This document shows positions 1 to 8,577 of a stretch of DNA of 19,215 nucleotides, one piece after another. The stretch covers positions 1 to 19,215 of the forward strand of contig JBBQSO010000095.1 of the NCBI GenBank assembly GCA_038213805.1. Direction: 5' to 3'. Both the position numbers and the translations under genes were made by a program. This DNA comes from Planctomycetota bacterium (GTDB lineage: Bacteria; Planctomycetota; UBA11346). Numbering within the stretch: the first letter of the stretch is position 1; every line of letters begins with the position of its first letter. A model generated the notes under the pieces. That model had not been told where the DNA came from. It searched no databases and saw nothing but the letters and a program-made list of their open reading frames with translations.

Positions 1-146
1 GCACCCAGCACGCCGACTGCCTGCCGCTCGCGCTGCGCATCACCTACGCCTATGCCGACGCCGACGGCAAGCCGGGTCCATTGCACGTGGTGATCATCGA
101 CCTGCCGCAGGTCGGACTCGACCCGTCCAAGGCGGCGACCAGCTGA
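1..146 (+). CDS. gspJ: Partial (5'-truncated) T2SS minor pseudopilin GspJ-like protein, C-terminus
   Basis: The frame from nt 3 reads TQHADCLPLALRITYAYADADGKPGPLHVVIIDLPQVGLDPSKAATS*. LPLALRIT matches the GspJ C-terminal LPxAVxIT pattern. The TGA stop (144-146) overlaps the gspK ATG (TGATG), and the position immediately before gspK fits. Confidence 0.7.
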   Translation, partial: TQHADCLPLALRITYAYADADGKPGPLHVVIIDLPQVGLDPSKAATS

Positions 147-1513
147 TGTCCGCGGAAAAAAACCTCTTCTGCTGCACCAGCGGCCGCGCCAACCGCGCCG
201 GATTCGTCTATCTCATCGCCCTGCTGGCGGTGACCGTCGCGGCGGCCATCGCCATGGTCATGGGCCGTGGGGTCGGCCTGCGCCTGCAGGCCGGCAACGC
301 CATCACCGCGCGCGCCGACTGCCGCGCTGCGGCGCTGGGGATGGTGCGGGCGATCGTCAACGACCTGAACGCGACGTTGGCCACCGGTCTGCCTCAGTTG
401 AGCACGGTGCAACCGGCGGGTGAGCAGATCGGCGATTGCACGGTGATCCTGATCGGGCGCGATCCGCACGGCGTCACCATGCCTTTCGCCCTGATCCTCG
501 AAGCGGGAAAATTTCCGATCAATGCGCCTGCGACCGGCGCCGTGCTCGACGCCAAGTACAATATCCTGTCAGTGCTACCCGGGATGACCCAGGACGTCGC
601 AGCCGCAATGCTCGACTGGATCGATTCCGATGACGAGGTCAGCAGCTACGGCGGCGCCGAGCGCACCGACAGCGCGTATGCGGGTGCGCCCGTGCCATAC
701 GCGCCACGCAACTCCCAGTTCGAGGCCCTTGCGGAGCTGCGCCTGGTGCGCGGCGTGACCGATGCGCTGTATTTCGGCGAGGACGCCAACGGCAACGGCC
801 GCCTCGATCCCGGCGAGGACAGCGACCGCGACGGCAAACTCTCCCCCGGTCTGCGCGACCTGATCACGGTCATGGACATCCGCGAGCCGCCGAACGCGCC
901 GGATGGCAGCGCGCGGCTGAACCTGGGTAGCGGTCGGGCGGGTCGCTCCTTCCAGGATCTGCTCACCGGCCTGTTCGGAAGCGCCCGCGGCACCGAACTT
1001 TTCGCTGAGGCGACGGGGGTCTTCGCCAACCGCCTGGAATTGTTCGCCGCACTCGAACTCTCGGACGCAGAGGCCGCGGCGTTGTGGCCCTGCGTCACCG
1101 TGAATGGCGTCCGCGCCGGGCTGATCGACGCGTGGTCGTGCCGCGATGAGATCCTCATCGCCATCGCCGGCAATGATCTGGCGCAGAAGATCATCGCCGC
1201 GCGGCCGACCACGCCGCCGAACGGGCCGGGCTGGCTGACCAGCATCCTGACCCGCGAGGAGGCCAAGCACTTCGGCAACCAGCTCGGCTCCGGCTCTTAC
1301 CAGTTCAGCGCCGACATCCTGGCCGTGCGCAACGACGGCTCCGGCTGGGCGCGCCTGGGGGCGACCTTCAACTGTACCCTCGGCAGCGCGGTGGTGGTCG
1401 GCCTTCAGCCGCTCGAGACCCAGGGTTGGCCGCTGCCCTGGACGACCCTTGACCAGCTGCGCGGCAGCGATCCGGGCGCCGTCGCCACCCTCCTCACCGC
1501 CGTCCCGCACTGA
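146..1513 (+). CDS. gspK: T2SS minor pseudopilin GspK
   Basis: Basic leader ending RAG|FVYLIALLAVTVAAAIAM (prepilin peptidase site plus hydrophobic helix, no Glu5, as is typical of GspK). Also GKFPINA, AAMLDWIDSDD..GAE..Y and PYAPRNSQFEALAELRLVRGVT, which are GspK signature motifs. Confidence 0.92.
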   Translation: MSAEKNLFCCTSGRANRAGFVYLIALLAVTVAAAIAMVMGRGVGLRLQAGNAITARADCRAAALGMVRAIVNDLNATLATGLPQLSTVQPAGEQIGDCTVILIGRDPHGVTMPFALILEAGKFPINAPATGAVLDAKYNILSVLPGMTQDVAAAMLDWIDSDDEVSSYGGAERTDSAYAGAPVPYAPRNSQFEALAELRLVRGVTDALYFGEDANGNGRLDPGEDSDRDGKLSPGLRDLITVMDIREPPNAPDGSARLNLGSGRAGRSFQDLLTGLFGSARGTELFAEATGVFANRLELFAALELSDAEAAALWPCVTVNGVRAGLIDAWSCRDEILIAIAGNDLAQKIIAARPTTPPNGPGWLTSILTREEAKHFGNQLGSGSYQFSADILAVRNDGSGWARLGATFNCTLGSAVVVGLQPLETQGWPLPWTTLDQLRGSDPGAVATLLTAVPH

Positions 1514-1521
1514 GCCCGCCC

Positions 1522-2844
1522 ATGCCCGCCAAGAAGCGCTTCCGCCTCTCCACCGCGCCGCCGGTCCTGCATTGGGACGGGCAGGCGCTGCGCGGCGAGA
1601 CCGCGGCAAAGGTCGTGGACGTGGCGCTGCCGGCGCGCTTCGTGTCGTTCCGCCGCGAGGAGTTCCCGCCCGCCGCCGAGGCGCTGCTGAAGTCCGCCAT
1701 CCGGCTGCGCGCCGAGCGCGCCTTCCTCGCGCTGGGTCCGGTCGCGATCGACATGCTGCTCGGTCCGGTGCGTGACGGCCGGCGCGTGGCGCTGCTTATG
1801 GCGCTGCCGCGTCCGACCATCGCGGCGATCCAGGCCGCCGCCAAGGCGCAGGGCCGCACTGTGGCGGCGGTGCGCATCGCCGAACTGCTCATGGAGGTGC
1901 CGCATGGCGGCGTGGTGCGCTGCGGCGGCGAGGCCTGCCTGGTGGCGCTCGACGGCGCGATCGCGCGCGAAGTCGTCGCCCTCGGGCGAGGGGATGCCGC
2001 CGATCTGCCGGTGCGCCTCGCGCGCGAACGCCTGCGCACCGGCGTGGGCGAGGACCAGCCGGCCGCCCCGGCGCTGGGTGCCGCGCTGGACTTCCTGGCG
2101 CCGACGCTGTCCGCCGCGCAGCCGCTGCTGCAACGCCCGGCGATGCGCGTCGCCATCCTCGCCGCCACACTCGTCGGGCTGTTCGTGCTGTGGGGCGCGC
2201 TGGCCATCAGCGACACGCTTGAGGCGCGCACCGCGGCGGTGGCCGAGGCCGCGAAATTGCGCCCGCTCGCCAAGGCGCTCGCCGACAAGCGCGCCGACAT
2301 GAAGGAAGTCGCGTCCTGGCTCGAGGCGCGGCCGTCGCTGGCTCCCGGCCTGGACGCGCTCGCCCTGGCGCTGCCCGGCGAGGGCTCCGACGACCAGGTG
2401 CGCCTGGCGCGCGTACGCCAGACCCCCGGCGAAGAGGCGATCGCCGAGGGCCAGGCCGGGGATCGTGCGCAGATGATGGGCTTCCTCGGCCGCCTGCGGA
2501 AGGACCAACGCATCGCCTTCGCTGAGATCCGCGCTTCGCGCAGTCCGTCGAAGGAATCGCGCGCCGTGGTCTTCGAACTGGTCTTCCGCCTGGTCGAGCC
2601 GGGCGGCGCGGCGGTCACGCCATTGAAGCCGGCTGCGCACGCCGGCGCCAGTACGGACGTCCGGAAGTCCGGGAGTCCGGGAGTCGGCATGACCGGAGGT
2701 CGCACGGTGACCGTTGGCGATCCGTCCATCAGCCGACTCGGTCCCGGCAGTTACCAGGTCATTCACCGGGACTTCCGGACTTCCGGACTTCCGGACCTCC
2801 GGACGCTTTCCCTTGCCCAGGGAGGCGACCATGCGTCCTCGTGA
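1522..2844 (+). CDS. gspL: T2SS GspL-like (PilM/PilN-like) inner-membrane platform protein with an atypical C-terminal extension
   Basis: Lies between gspK and the gspM-like gene. It has a cytoplasmic N-terminal region, a single TM helix (VAILAATLVGLFVLWGALAI), a coiled segment and a PilN-like periplasmic domain ending VVFELVFRL. About 80 further residues come largely from a repeat/hairpin element. Confidence 0.7.
   Translation: MPAKKRFRLSTAPPVLHWDGQALRGETAAKVVDVALPARFVSFRREEFPPAAEALLKSAIRLRAERAFLALGPVAIDMLLGPVRDGRRVALLMALPRPTIAAIQAAAKAQGRTVAAVRIAELLMEVPHGGVVRCGGEACLVALDGAIAREVVALGRGDAADLPVRLARERLRTGVGEDQPAAPALGAALDFLAPTLSAAQPLLQRPAMRVAILAATLVGLFVLWGALAISDTLEARTAAVAEAAKLRPLAKALADKRADMKEVASWLEARPSLAPGLDALALALPGEGSDDQVRLARVRQTPGEEAIAEGQAGDRAQMMGFLGRLRKDQRIAFAEIRASRSPSKESRAVVFELVFRLVEPGGAAVTPLKPAAHAGASTDVRKSGSPGVGMTGGRTVTVGDPSISRLGPGSYQVIHRDFRTSGLPDLRTLSLAQGGDHASS
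2651..2804. repeat. Inverted arrays of 8-nt tandem repeats flanking a structured ~80 nt core, inside the 3' end of gspL
   Basis: Left arm GGACGTCC-GGAAGTCC-GGGAGTCC-GGGAGTCG (2655-2686). Right arm GGACTTCC x3-GGACCTCC-GGAC (2769-2804). GGACTTCC is the reverse complement of GGAAGTCC. Confidence 0.9.
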
Positions 2845-3937
2845 GCGTCTGCTCGCCCTCGGCACCGGGCTGCTGCTTGGCGGCTGGCTGCTGGACAGCA
2901 TCGTCATCGAACCCGGCCTGGCTTGGCTGGCCAAGGTGCGCAGCGAAGCCGCCGATGCCCACCGCGAGGCCGCCGAGGCGCAGGTGCTGATCGACCGCCG
3001 GGAGAAGATCCTCGCAGCGTGGCGCGGCCGCCACGCTGCCGGCCTGCTCGACGACGGCGATGCGGCGCGCTTCCGCATCCAGCAATTGCTCGCCGCCGGT
3101 GCGCGTAGCAGCGGTTTCACCATCGACAACGTCGGTGGCGGCCAGCTCGTCCCGGCCGCGCACGACAAGTTCTACGACGCGCTGCGCCTGACCGTCGCCG
3201 GACAGGGTACCCTGGCGCAGGCCACCGCCTTCATCGCCGCCATCGAGTCCGCACCCATGCCGATGCGCATCGAGCGCTGCGAACTCGCCGCCGGCGATGG
3301 GCGCAAGGACCGCGTCGACCTCGCCATGACCATGTCGACACGCGTGGTCAACGCCGCAGGACGCGCCGGCCGCGCGGTGCCTGAAGGCACGCCGCCGTGG
3401 GCGCCCGAGGCCCGTGACGGCGCCTGTGACAAGGAGATCCTGGCAAGCCGGCCATTCCTCGCCGACCGCCGCCTGCCGCGCGCCGCGTCACCCGCGGGCG
3501 AGGGCGGCGCCGCGGGCGCCGTGGGCGCCGCTGAGCCGCACCCAAGCGCGCCGCCCGGCTGGGCGCTGGTCGGCCTTGCGGCTACGCCCGAGGTGGCGAG
3601 CGCCTTCCTGCGCAACCTCGGCGACGGCAGCGAACGCGTCCTCCACCCCGGCGATGGGCTCGACGGCCAGGTGATGGTGGCGATCGAAATCGGCGGCCTG
3701 CGCCTCAAGGGGCCGGACGGCGAACACCTCGTCACCGTCGGCAGCGACCTTACCGGCAAGCCGGCCGGCGCCGTGCACGCGCCGGTGGGCAGCACCGGCT
3801 CCGCGACCTCCGCGCCGGCGACTCCAGCGGGTGCATCCGCCGGCACGGCTCCAGGCGCAGCGTCCGCCACCGTCACCGACCCCGACCGCGAAGCCATCCT
3901 CCAGCGGCTCCGTCAGCAGCGCAACCGTACCCCCTGA
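2831..3937 (+). CDS. GspM/PilO-like protein fused to a C-terminal GspC/PilP-like HR domain (368 aa)
   Basis: SD GGAGG at 2821-2825, ATG at 2831. MRPRERLL plus a TM helix is a GspM-type start. The ferredoxin-like pattern LRLTVAGQGTLAQATAFIAAIES..MRIERCEL..VDLAMTMS follows, then ILASRPF and WALVG..SAFLRN..VLHPGDGLDG..VAIE..LRL (GspC HR pattern). Confidence 0.75.
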   Translation: MRPRERLLALGTGLLLGGWLLDSIVIEPGLAWLAKVRSEAADAHREAAEAQVLIDRREKILAAWRGRHAAGLLDDGDAARFRIQQLLAAGARSSGFTIDNVGGGQLVPAAHDKFYDALRLTVAGQGTLAQATAFIAAIESAPMPMRIERCELAAGDGRKDRVDLAMTMSTRVVNAAGRAGRAVPEGTPPWAPEARDGACDKEILASRPFLADRRLPRAASPAGEGGAAGAVGAAEPHPSAPPGWALVGLAATPEVASAFLRNLGDGSERVLHPGDGLDGQVMVAIEIGGLRLKGPDGEHLVTVGSDLTGKPAGAVHAPVGSTGSATSAPATPAGASAGTAPGAASATVTDPDREAILQRLRQQRNRTP

Positions 3938-3945
3938 GCGCCCCC

Positions 3946-6267
3946 ATGAAGATCCCCATGCTCTCGCCCCTCCTGCTGCTGCTCGCCTGCGCGCTGCCGC
4001 TGGCTGCCGCCGATGGCGACGCGCCGCCGGTCGTACCGCCGGCGCCGCCCGCGCCCGCGGTCGCGCCGCCGCCCGGCATGCTGGTGCTCGAATTCCGCGG
4101 TGCGCGTCTCGGCCAGGTGCTCGACTACCTGTCCAAGGAGGCCGGCTTCGTCATCGCCAATCCGGTCGAGCTGACTGCGCCGATCACCCTGGTTGCGAAG
4201 CAACCGCTGACCCCGAACGAGGCGGTGGAAGCGCTCAACGGCGTTCTTATCGATCTCGGCTACGTGGCCCTGGTGCGCGGCCGCACCCTGCACGTCGTCG
4301 CGCTGGGCAGCGCGCGCCAGCAGAACCTGCCGGTGCTGGTCGGCTCCGACCCGGCGCGCATCCCCGAGACCGACGTCATGGTCACCCAGGTGCTGCCGGT
4401 GCAGTTCGCCACCGCTAAAGACCTCGCTGAAAACCTGCAGCCGCTGCTCAACAGCGCCAGCGCGACGCTGAGCGCGAACGAGAGCAGCAACGTCCTGATC
4501 CTTACCGATACCCAGGCGCATGTGCACCGCATCGCCGCCATCGTCCAGGCGATCGACGTCTCGGTGAGCGGCGAGCAGACGGTGCGCGTCTTCCACCTCG
4601 CGCACGCCGACGCCGAGAAGGCGGCGCAGATTATCGGCACGCTCTACCGCCAGACCTCCGGCCAGCGCCAGGGGGCCCAGCAGCAGGGCGGCGGAGGTGG
4701 CCGCGGCGGTGGTGGCGGGTTCGGTGGCGGTGGCTTTCCCGGTTCCCAGCCAAGCGGCGCGGCCGGCGCGACGGCGACGCGCGGCGAGGTCGTCGCGGCG
4801 GCCGACAGCGGCACCAACAGCCTGGTCATCCGTGCCTCGCCGGGCGCGCTCGACATGCTCGCCAAGGTGATCGAGCAGCTCGACGTCGACAACTCGGCTC
4901 GTGACGGCGTGCTGCTCTACCGCGTGCGCAACGGCAAGGCCACCGACCTGGCGATCTCGCTCAACGGCCTGTTCCAGGGCAGCCAGGGCGGGGTGGCGAC
5001 CACCACAAACCAGCGCGCCACCCAGAACCGCACCATCAACGGCTCGTCAGCGGCGCCGGCGCCCGGCGCGCGTGCGGCGCCGGCGGGTGGCGTTCCCGCA
5101 GCGAATGGCGGCTTCGGCAATGGCGGCGGCGGAGGTGGCGCGTCTGGCGGATCCGATTCGTCCCTCGACCTCAGCGGCCAGGTGCGCGTGGTCGCGGATA
5201 CCACCAGCAATTCAGTGATGGTGCTGTCGCCGGAGCGCAACTTTGCGCGCCTGCGCAAGCTGCTCGAGGACATCGACCAGCCGACGCGTCAGGTACTGGT
5301 GCGGGTGCTGGTCGCCGAGGTCACGCTGTCCGACGGACTCGACCTGGGCGTGGAGCTCGATGGCATCAATGTCAGGACCAATTCCCCCGGCGGCGCCACC
5401 GTCGGCGGCACGCCCAATCCGCTTGGCACCACCAACACGCGGGTGTTCAGCAATTTCAACCTCTTTGATTCCACCCTGGGCATGAACGGCTACCTGCTGC
5501 AGAGCGGCAATTTCCGCGCCGCGGTGCGCGCCCTGGCGACCAAGACCAGTTTCGACGTGCTGGCCCGGCCCTACATCCTGACCACCGACAACCGCCAGGC
5601 GATCGTCAACGTAAGCCAGGAGGTGCCGGTGATCAACGGCTCGCGCACCGACCAGTTCGGCAACGTCACCTCGACCTTCGACCGCCGCGATGTCGGCATC
5701 ATCCTCACCGTGACGCCGCAGATAAACAACGAGGGACGCGTGGTGCTGGACGTCGACCAGGAGCTGTCGGCGTTGTCCGATGCGAGCATCCTGGTCGCGC
5801 CCGGCGTCAACGCCCCGATCATCAACAAGCGTACCATGACCACGCGCATCATCGTCGATCACGGTCAGACCGCGGTGGTCGGCGGCCTGGTCGAAGACAC
5901 CATGACCAGCACCGAGAGCAAGGTCCCGCTGCTCGGCGACATTCCACTGCTCGGCTATCTGTTCCGCTCGACCAGCAAGACCAAGGCCAAGACCGAGCTG
6001 CTGGTGTTCCTCACGCCGCAGGTGGTGGAAAGCCCCGACGTGCTCGCCGACCTTGGGCGTCAGCTGCGCAGCGAGATGCAGCTGCTCGACAAGGCGGTGG
6101 AGAAGGGACTGCTGCAGCACCACCTCGACCAGCTCGCCGGGCTCAAGGTCGGCGAACCGCTGCCGGCGCGCGGCACGCCGCCCGTGCTGGTCCCCGGCCA
6201 ACCGGCGCCGAGCGCGGCACCCGCGCCTGAGCAGTCCCTGCCCCCGGCCGCGCCGGCCAAGCCATGA
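3946..6267 (+). CDS. gspD: T2SS secretin GspD
   Basis: Signal peptide, N0 (LEFRGARLGQVLDYLS), and three KH-like N domains (TQVLPVQFATAKDL; VRVFHLAHADAEK; LYRVRNGKATDLA..VRVVADTTSNSV). Secretin domain with QVLVRVLVAEV, RRDVGIILTVTPQIN and KVPLLGDIPLLGYLFRS..KTELLVFLTPQVV. Confidence 0.97.
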   Translation: MKIPMLSPLLLLLACALPLAAADGDAPPVVPPAPPAPAVAPPPGMLVLEFRGARLGQVLDYLSKEAGFVIANPVELTAPITLVAKQPLTPNEAVEALNGVLIDLGYVALVRGRTLHVVALGSARQQNLPVLVGSDPARIPETDVMVTQVLPVQFATAKDLAENLQPLLNSASATLSANESSNVLILTDTQAHVHRIAAIVQAIDVSVSGEQTVRVFHLAHADAEKAAQIIGTLYRQTSGQRQGAQQQGGGGGRGGGGGFGGGGFPGSQPSGAAGATATRGEVVAAADSGTNSLVIRASPGALDMLAKVIEQLDVDNSARDGVLLYRVRNGKATDLAISLNGLFQGSQGGVATTTNQRATQNRTINGSSAAPAPGARAAPAGGVPAANGGFGNGGGGGGASGGSDSSLDLSGQVRVVADTTSNSVMVLSPERNFARLRKLLEDIDQPTRQVLVRVLVAEVTLSDGLDLGVELDGINVRTNSPGGATVGGTPNPLGTTNTRVFSNFNLFDSTLGMNGYLLQSGNFRAAVRALATKTSFDVLARPYILTTDNRQAIVNVSQEVPVINGSRTDQFGNVTSTFDRRDVGIILTVTPQINNEGRVVLDVDQELSALSDASILVAPGVNAPIINKRTMTTRIIVDHGQTAVVGGLVEDTMTSTESKVPLLGDIPLLGYLFRSTSKTKAKTELLVFLTPQVVESPDVLADLGRQLRSEMQLLDKAVEKGLLQHHLDQLAGLKVGEPLPARGTPPVLVPGQPAPSAAPAPEQSLPPAAPAKP

Positions 6268-6707
6268 GCGCCACCGCCCGTCTGGTGCTCGCGCTCGCCG
6301 CAGTGCTGCTCCTGGTGGCGGGCTGCGGTTCGTCGCGCAGCTCGTCCGCCAAGGCGCTGCCCTGGCCCGAGTCCGGATCGCCGCGCATCCTCGACGCACT
6401 GGCCGAGGACCTGCAGGCCTTCCAGGTCGCCGTCGGCCACTCGCCGCGCGACCTGGTGGAACTCGACCAGTCCCACCTCGGCACCGGTGGCCCCTATGGG
6501 AAGTACACCTTCGCCTACCACCCGAACGGGCTGGGCGTGCTGCGCGAGGGTTGGCGCGTGGTGGTCGCCGACGACCGCGTGCGCGACGCCGGCCGCGTCT
6601 GGTGCATCGTGAGCGCCCCGGTGCGCGTCACCGGCGCGCCGTCGTTGCGCGTGGTGCTGGTGCCGCTGGTAGAGCTGCGTGAGGCGGCGGCCGCCGCCGG
6701 CGGGTGA
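6264..6707 (+). CDS. Lipoprotein of unknown family, last gene of the T2SS operon (pilotin candidate)
   Basis: ATGA overlap with the gspD stop. Signal peptide II with lipobox LVAG|C21, followed by a Ser-rich tether (GSSRSSSAK). Confidence 0.8.
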   Translation: MSATARLVLALAAVLLLVAGCGSSRSSSAKALPWPESGSPRILDALAEDLQAFQVAVGHSPRDLVELDQSHLGTGGPYGKYTFAYHPNGLGVLREGWRVVVADDRVRDAGRVWCIVSAPVRVTGAPSLRVVLVPLVELREAAAAAGG

Positions 6708-6711
6708 ACCC

Positions 6712-8577
6712 TCAGTCCCCGCTGCGTACGAACTGTCGGTAGAGTTCCGCATACGCGCCGCCCTGCGCGACCAGCTGCGTGTGCGTGCCGCGCTCGATGA
6801 TGCGGCCCTTATCGAGGACCAGCACCTGGTCGGCGTGGCGGATGGTCGAGAGGCGGTGGGCGATCACGATGCTGGTGCGTCCGGCGAGGAGGGTGGCGAG
6901 CGCCTGCTGCAGGCGCGCCTCGCTCAGCGCGTCGACCGCCGAGGTCGCCTCGTCAAGGATGAGGATGCGCGGGTCGGCGACCAGGGCGCGCGCAAAGCAG
7001 ATCAGCTGGCGCTGACCGAGCGAGACGCCCACGCCCTTCTCACCGACGGTGGTGGCGAAGCCGGCGGGCATGGTCGCGAACAGATCGAGCACGCCCAGGC
7101 GCCGCACCGCGTCGATCACCTGCTCGTCGCTCGCGTCCGGGCGGCCGATGCGGATGTTTTCCATGACCGTGCCGGTGAACAGGAAGTTGCTCTGCGCAAC
7201 GATGCCCAGCTGGCGGTGCAGCGAGGCGGCGGTGGCGCCGCGCAGATCGTGGCCATCGATCAGTACCGCGCCATGGTCGGCCAGGTAGAACTTGGCGATG
7301 AGGTTGGCGATGGTGCTCTTGCCGCAGCCGGTGTGTCCGACCAGGGCGATGGTCTGACCGGCCGTGGCGGCGAAGGACACGCCGTGCAGCACGGTGCGCT
7401 CCGCCTCATAGGCGAAGGTGACGTCACGGAACTCGACGTCGCCGGCGAGCGTCGGCAGGGCCTGCGCGTCGGCGTCGTCCTCCCAGTCGGGCCTGGTGTC
7501 CAGCAGGCGGAACACCCGCTCGGCGCCGGCCATGGCGCTGAGCGCCTGGTTGTACTGCATGCCGATCATCTGGATGGGGCCGAAGAACATGCCGGTGAGG
7601 AACACGAACTGGATGAGCGCGGCGAGGTGCGCGGCCTGCTCGTCGGGCGCGGGCGCGCCGTGCAGCACCAGCCAGGCGCCGACCACCAGCAGCATGGCGA
7701 GCAGGCTCTGGCTGGCGAGGTCGAGGAGCGGGCCGAATTGCGCCGAGGCACGTCCAGCCTCGAGATTGTAGCGGCCCTGGTCCTCGATCAGGTTGGCGAA
7801 CAGGCCGGCGTTGACCTCCTGGCGCACGAAACCCTGGGTGACGCGGATGCCATTGACCGACTCGGCGAGGTTGGCGGTGACGCGCGTGAAGCTTTCCTGG
7901 GCGGCGCGCGAGGCGCGCGTCATGCGCACGCGGAACAGCCGGTCGACGGCCACCAGCACCGGTGCCACCAGGGCCACCACCAGAAATAACCGCCAATCGT
8001 AATAGAGCATGAAGGCCGCGGCGCCGAGCATCTGCCCGACCTGCACCATGCTGACGAACAACACCTCCTGAACCGCGGTGCGCACCGCCTCGATGTCGGA
8101 GGTGAAGCGCCCGAGCACGCGCCCTAGGCTGGTGCGGGTGTAGAAACTTAGGGTCAGGCGCTGCAGGTGCGCGAAGAGCGCGCCGCGCAGATCGTGCACC
8201 ACCGCCTCGCCAAGCTGCAGCGCGAGGCGCTGGCGGAAATGGAAGGTGACCTCGGTCAGGAGCGCCAGCGCGGCGAAGCCGGCCGCCCCCCACAGGGCGC
8301 CCTGCAGATCATGGCGGGCGATCGGTCCACCGATCACCGCGGCCAACGCCCAGGTCAACAGCGGCAGCTGCAGCGAGCGCAGCACCACCAGGCCAAGCAG
8401 CCACGCGCAGGTGCGGCGGTGCGGGATGGCGAAGGCGAACAGGCGACGGAACACCGCGACGTCGAGCGGTCGCTCAACCACGTCGTCATCGTCGCGGCGT
8501 TTCGGCAGGTGGGTGAGCAGCACCACGTTGCGGCCCGGGCCGGGCGGCGGCGGTGCGGCTGGGCGCGGGGTGCTCAC
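6712..8577 (-). CDS. ABC exporter half-transporter (TMD+NBD), MdlB/TM288-like subunit
   Basis: N-terminal TM domain. Walker A GHTGCGKST, degenerate signature VSLGQRQ, canonical Walker B LILDEAT, H-loop IAHRLSTI. The GTG start overlaps the upstream stop (GTGA). Confidence 0.93.
   Translation of the reverse strand: MSTPRPAAPPPPGPGRNVVLLTHLPKRRDDDDVVERPLDVAVFRRLFAFAIPHRRTCAWLLGLVVLRSLQLPLLTWALAAVIGGPIARHDLQGALWGAAGFAALALLTEVTFHFRQRLALQLGEAVVHDLRGALFAHLQRLTLSFYTRTSLGRVLGRFTSDIEAVRTAVQEVLFVSMVQVGQMLGAAAFMLYYDWRLFLVVALVAPVLVAVDRLFRVRMTRASRAAQESFTRVTANLAESVNGIRVTQGFVRQEVNAGLFANLIEDQGRYNLEAGRASAQFGPLLDLASQSLLAMLLVVGAWLVLHGAPAPDEQAAHLAALIQFVFLTGMFFGPIQMIGMQYNQALSAMAGAERVFRLLDTRPDWEDDADAQALPTLAGDVEFRDVTFAYEAERTVLHGVSFAATAGQTIALVGHTGCGKSTIANLIAKFYLADHGAVLIDGHDLRGATAASLHRQLGIVAQSNFLFTGTVMENIRIGRPDASDEQVIDAVRRLGVLDLFATMPAGFATTVGEKGVGVSLGQRQLICFARALVADPRILILDEATSAVDALSEARLQQALATLLAGRTSIVIAHRLSTIRHADQVLVLDKGRIIERGTHTQLVAQGGAYAELYRQFVRSGD

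Noticed and set aside
156..162. A7 tract near the gspK start as a phase-variation site
   Set aside because: Short, in frame, and explained by E-K-N codons. No evidence of variability.
4684..4735. GGC/GGT-rich runs in gspD (also ~5107-5150)
   Set aside because: They encode Gly-rich disordered loops, which are common within secretin N domains.
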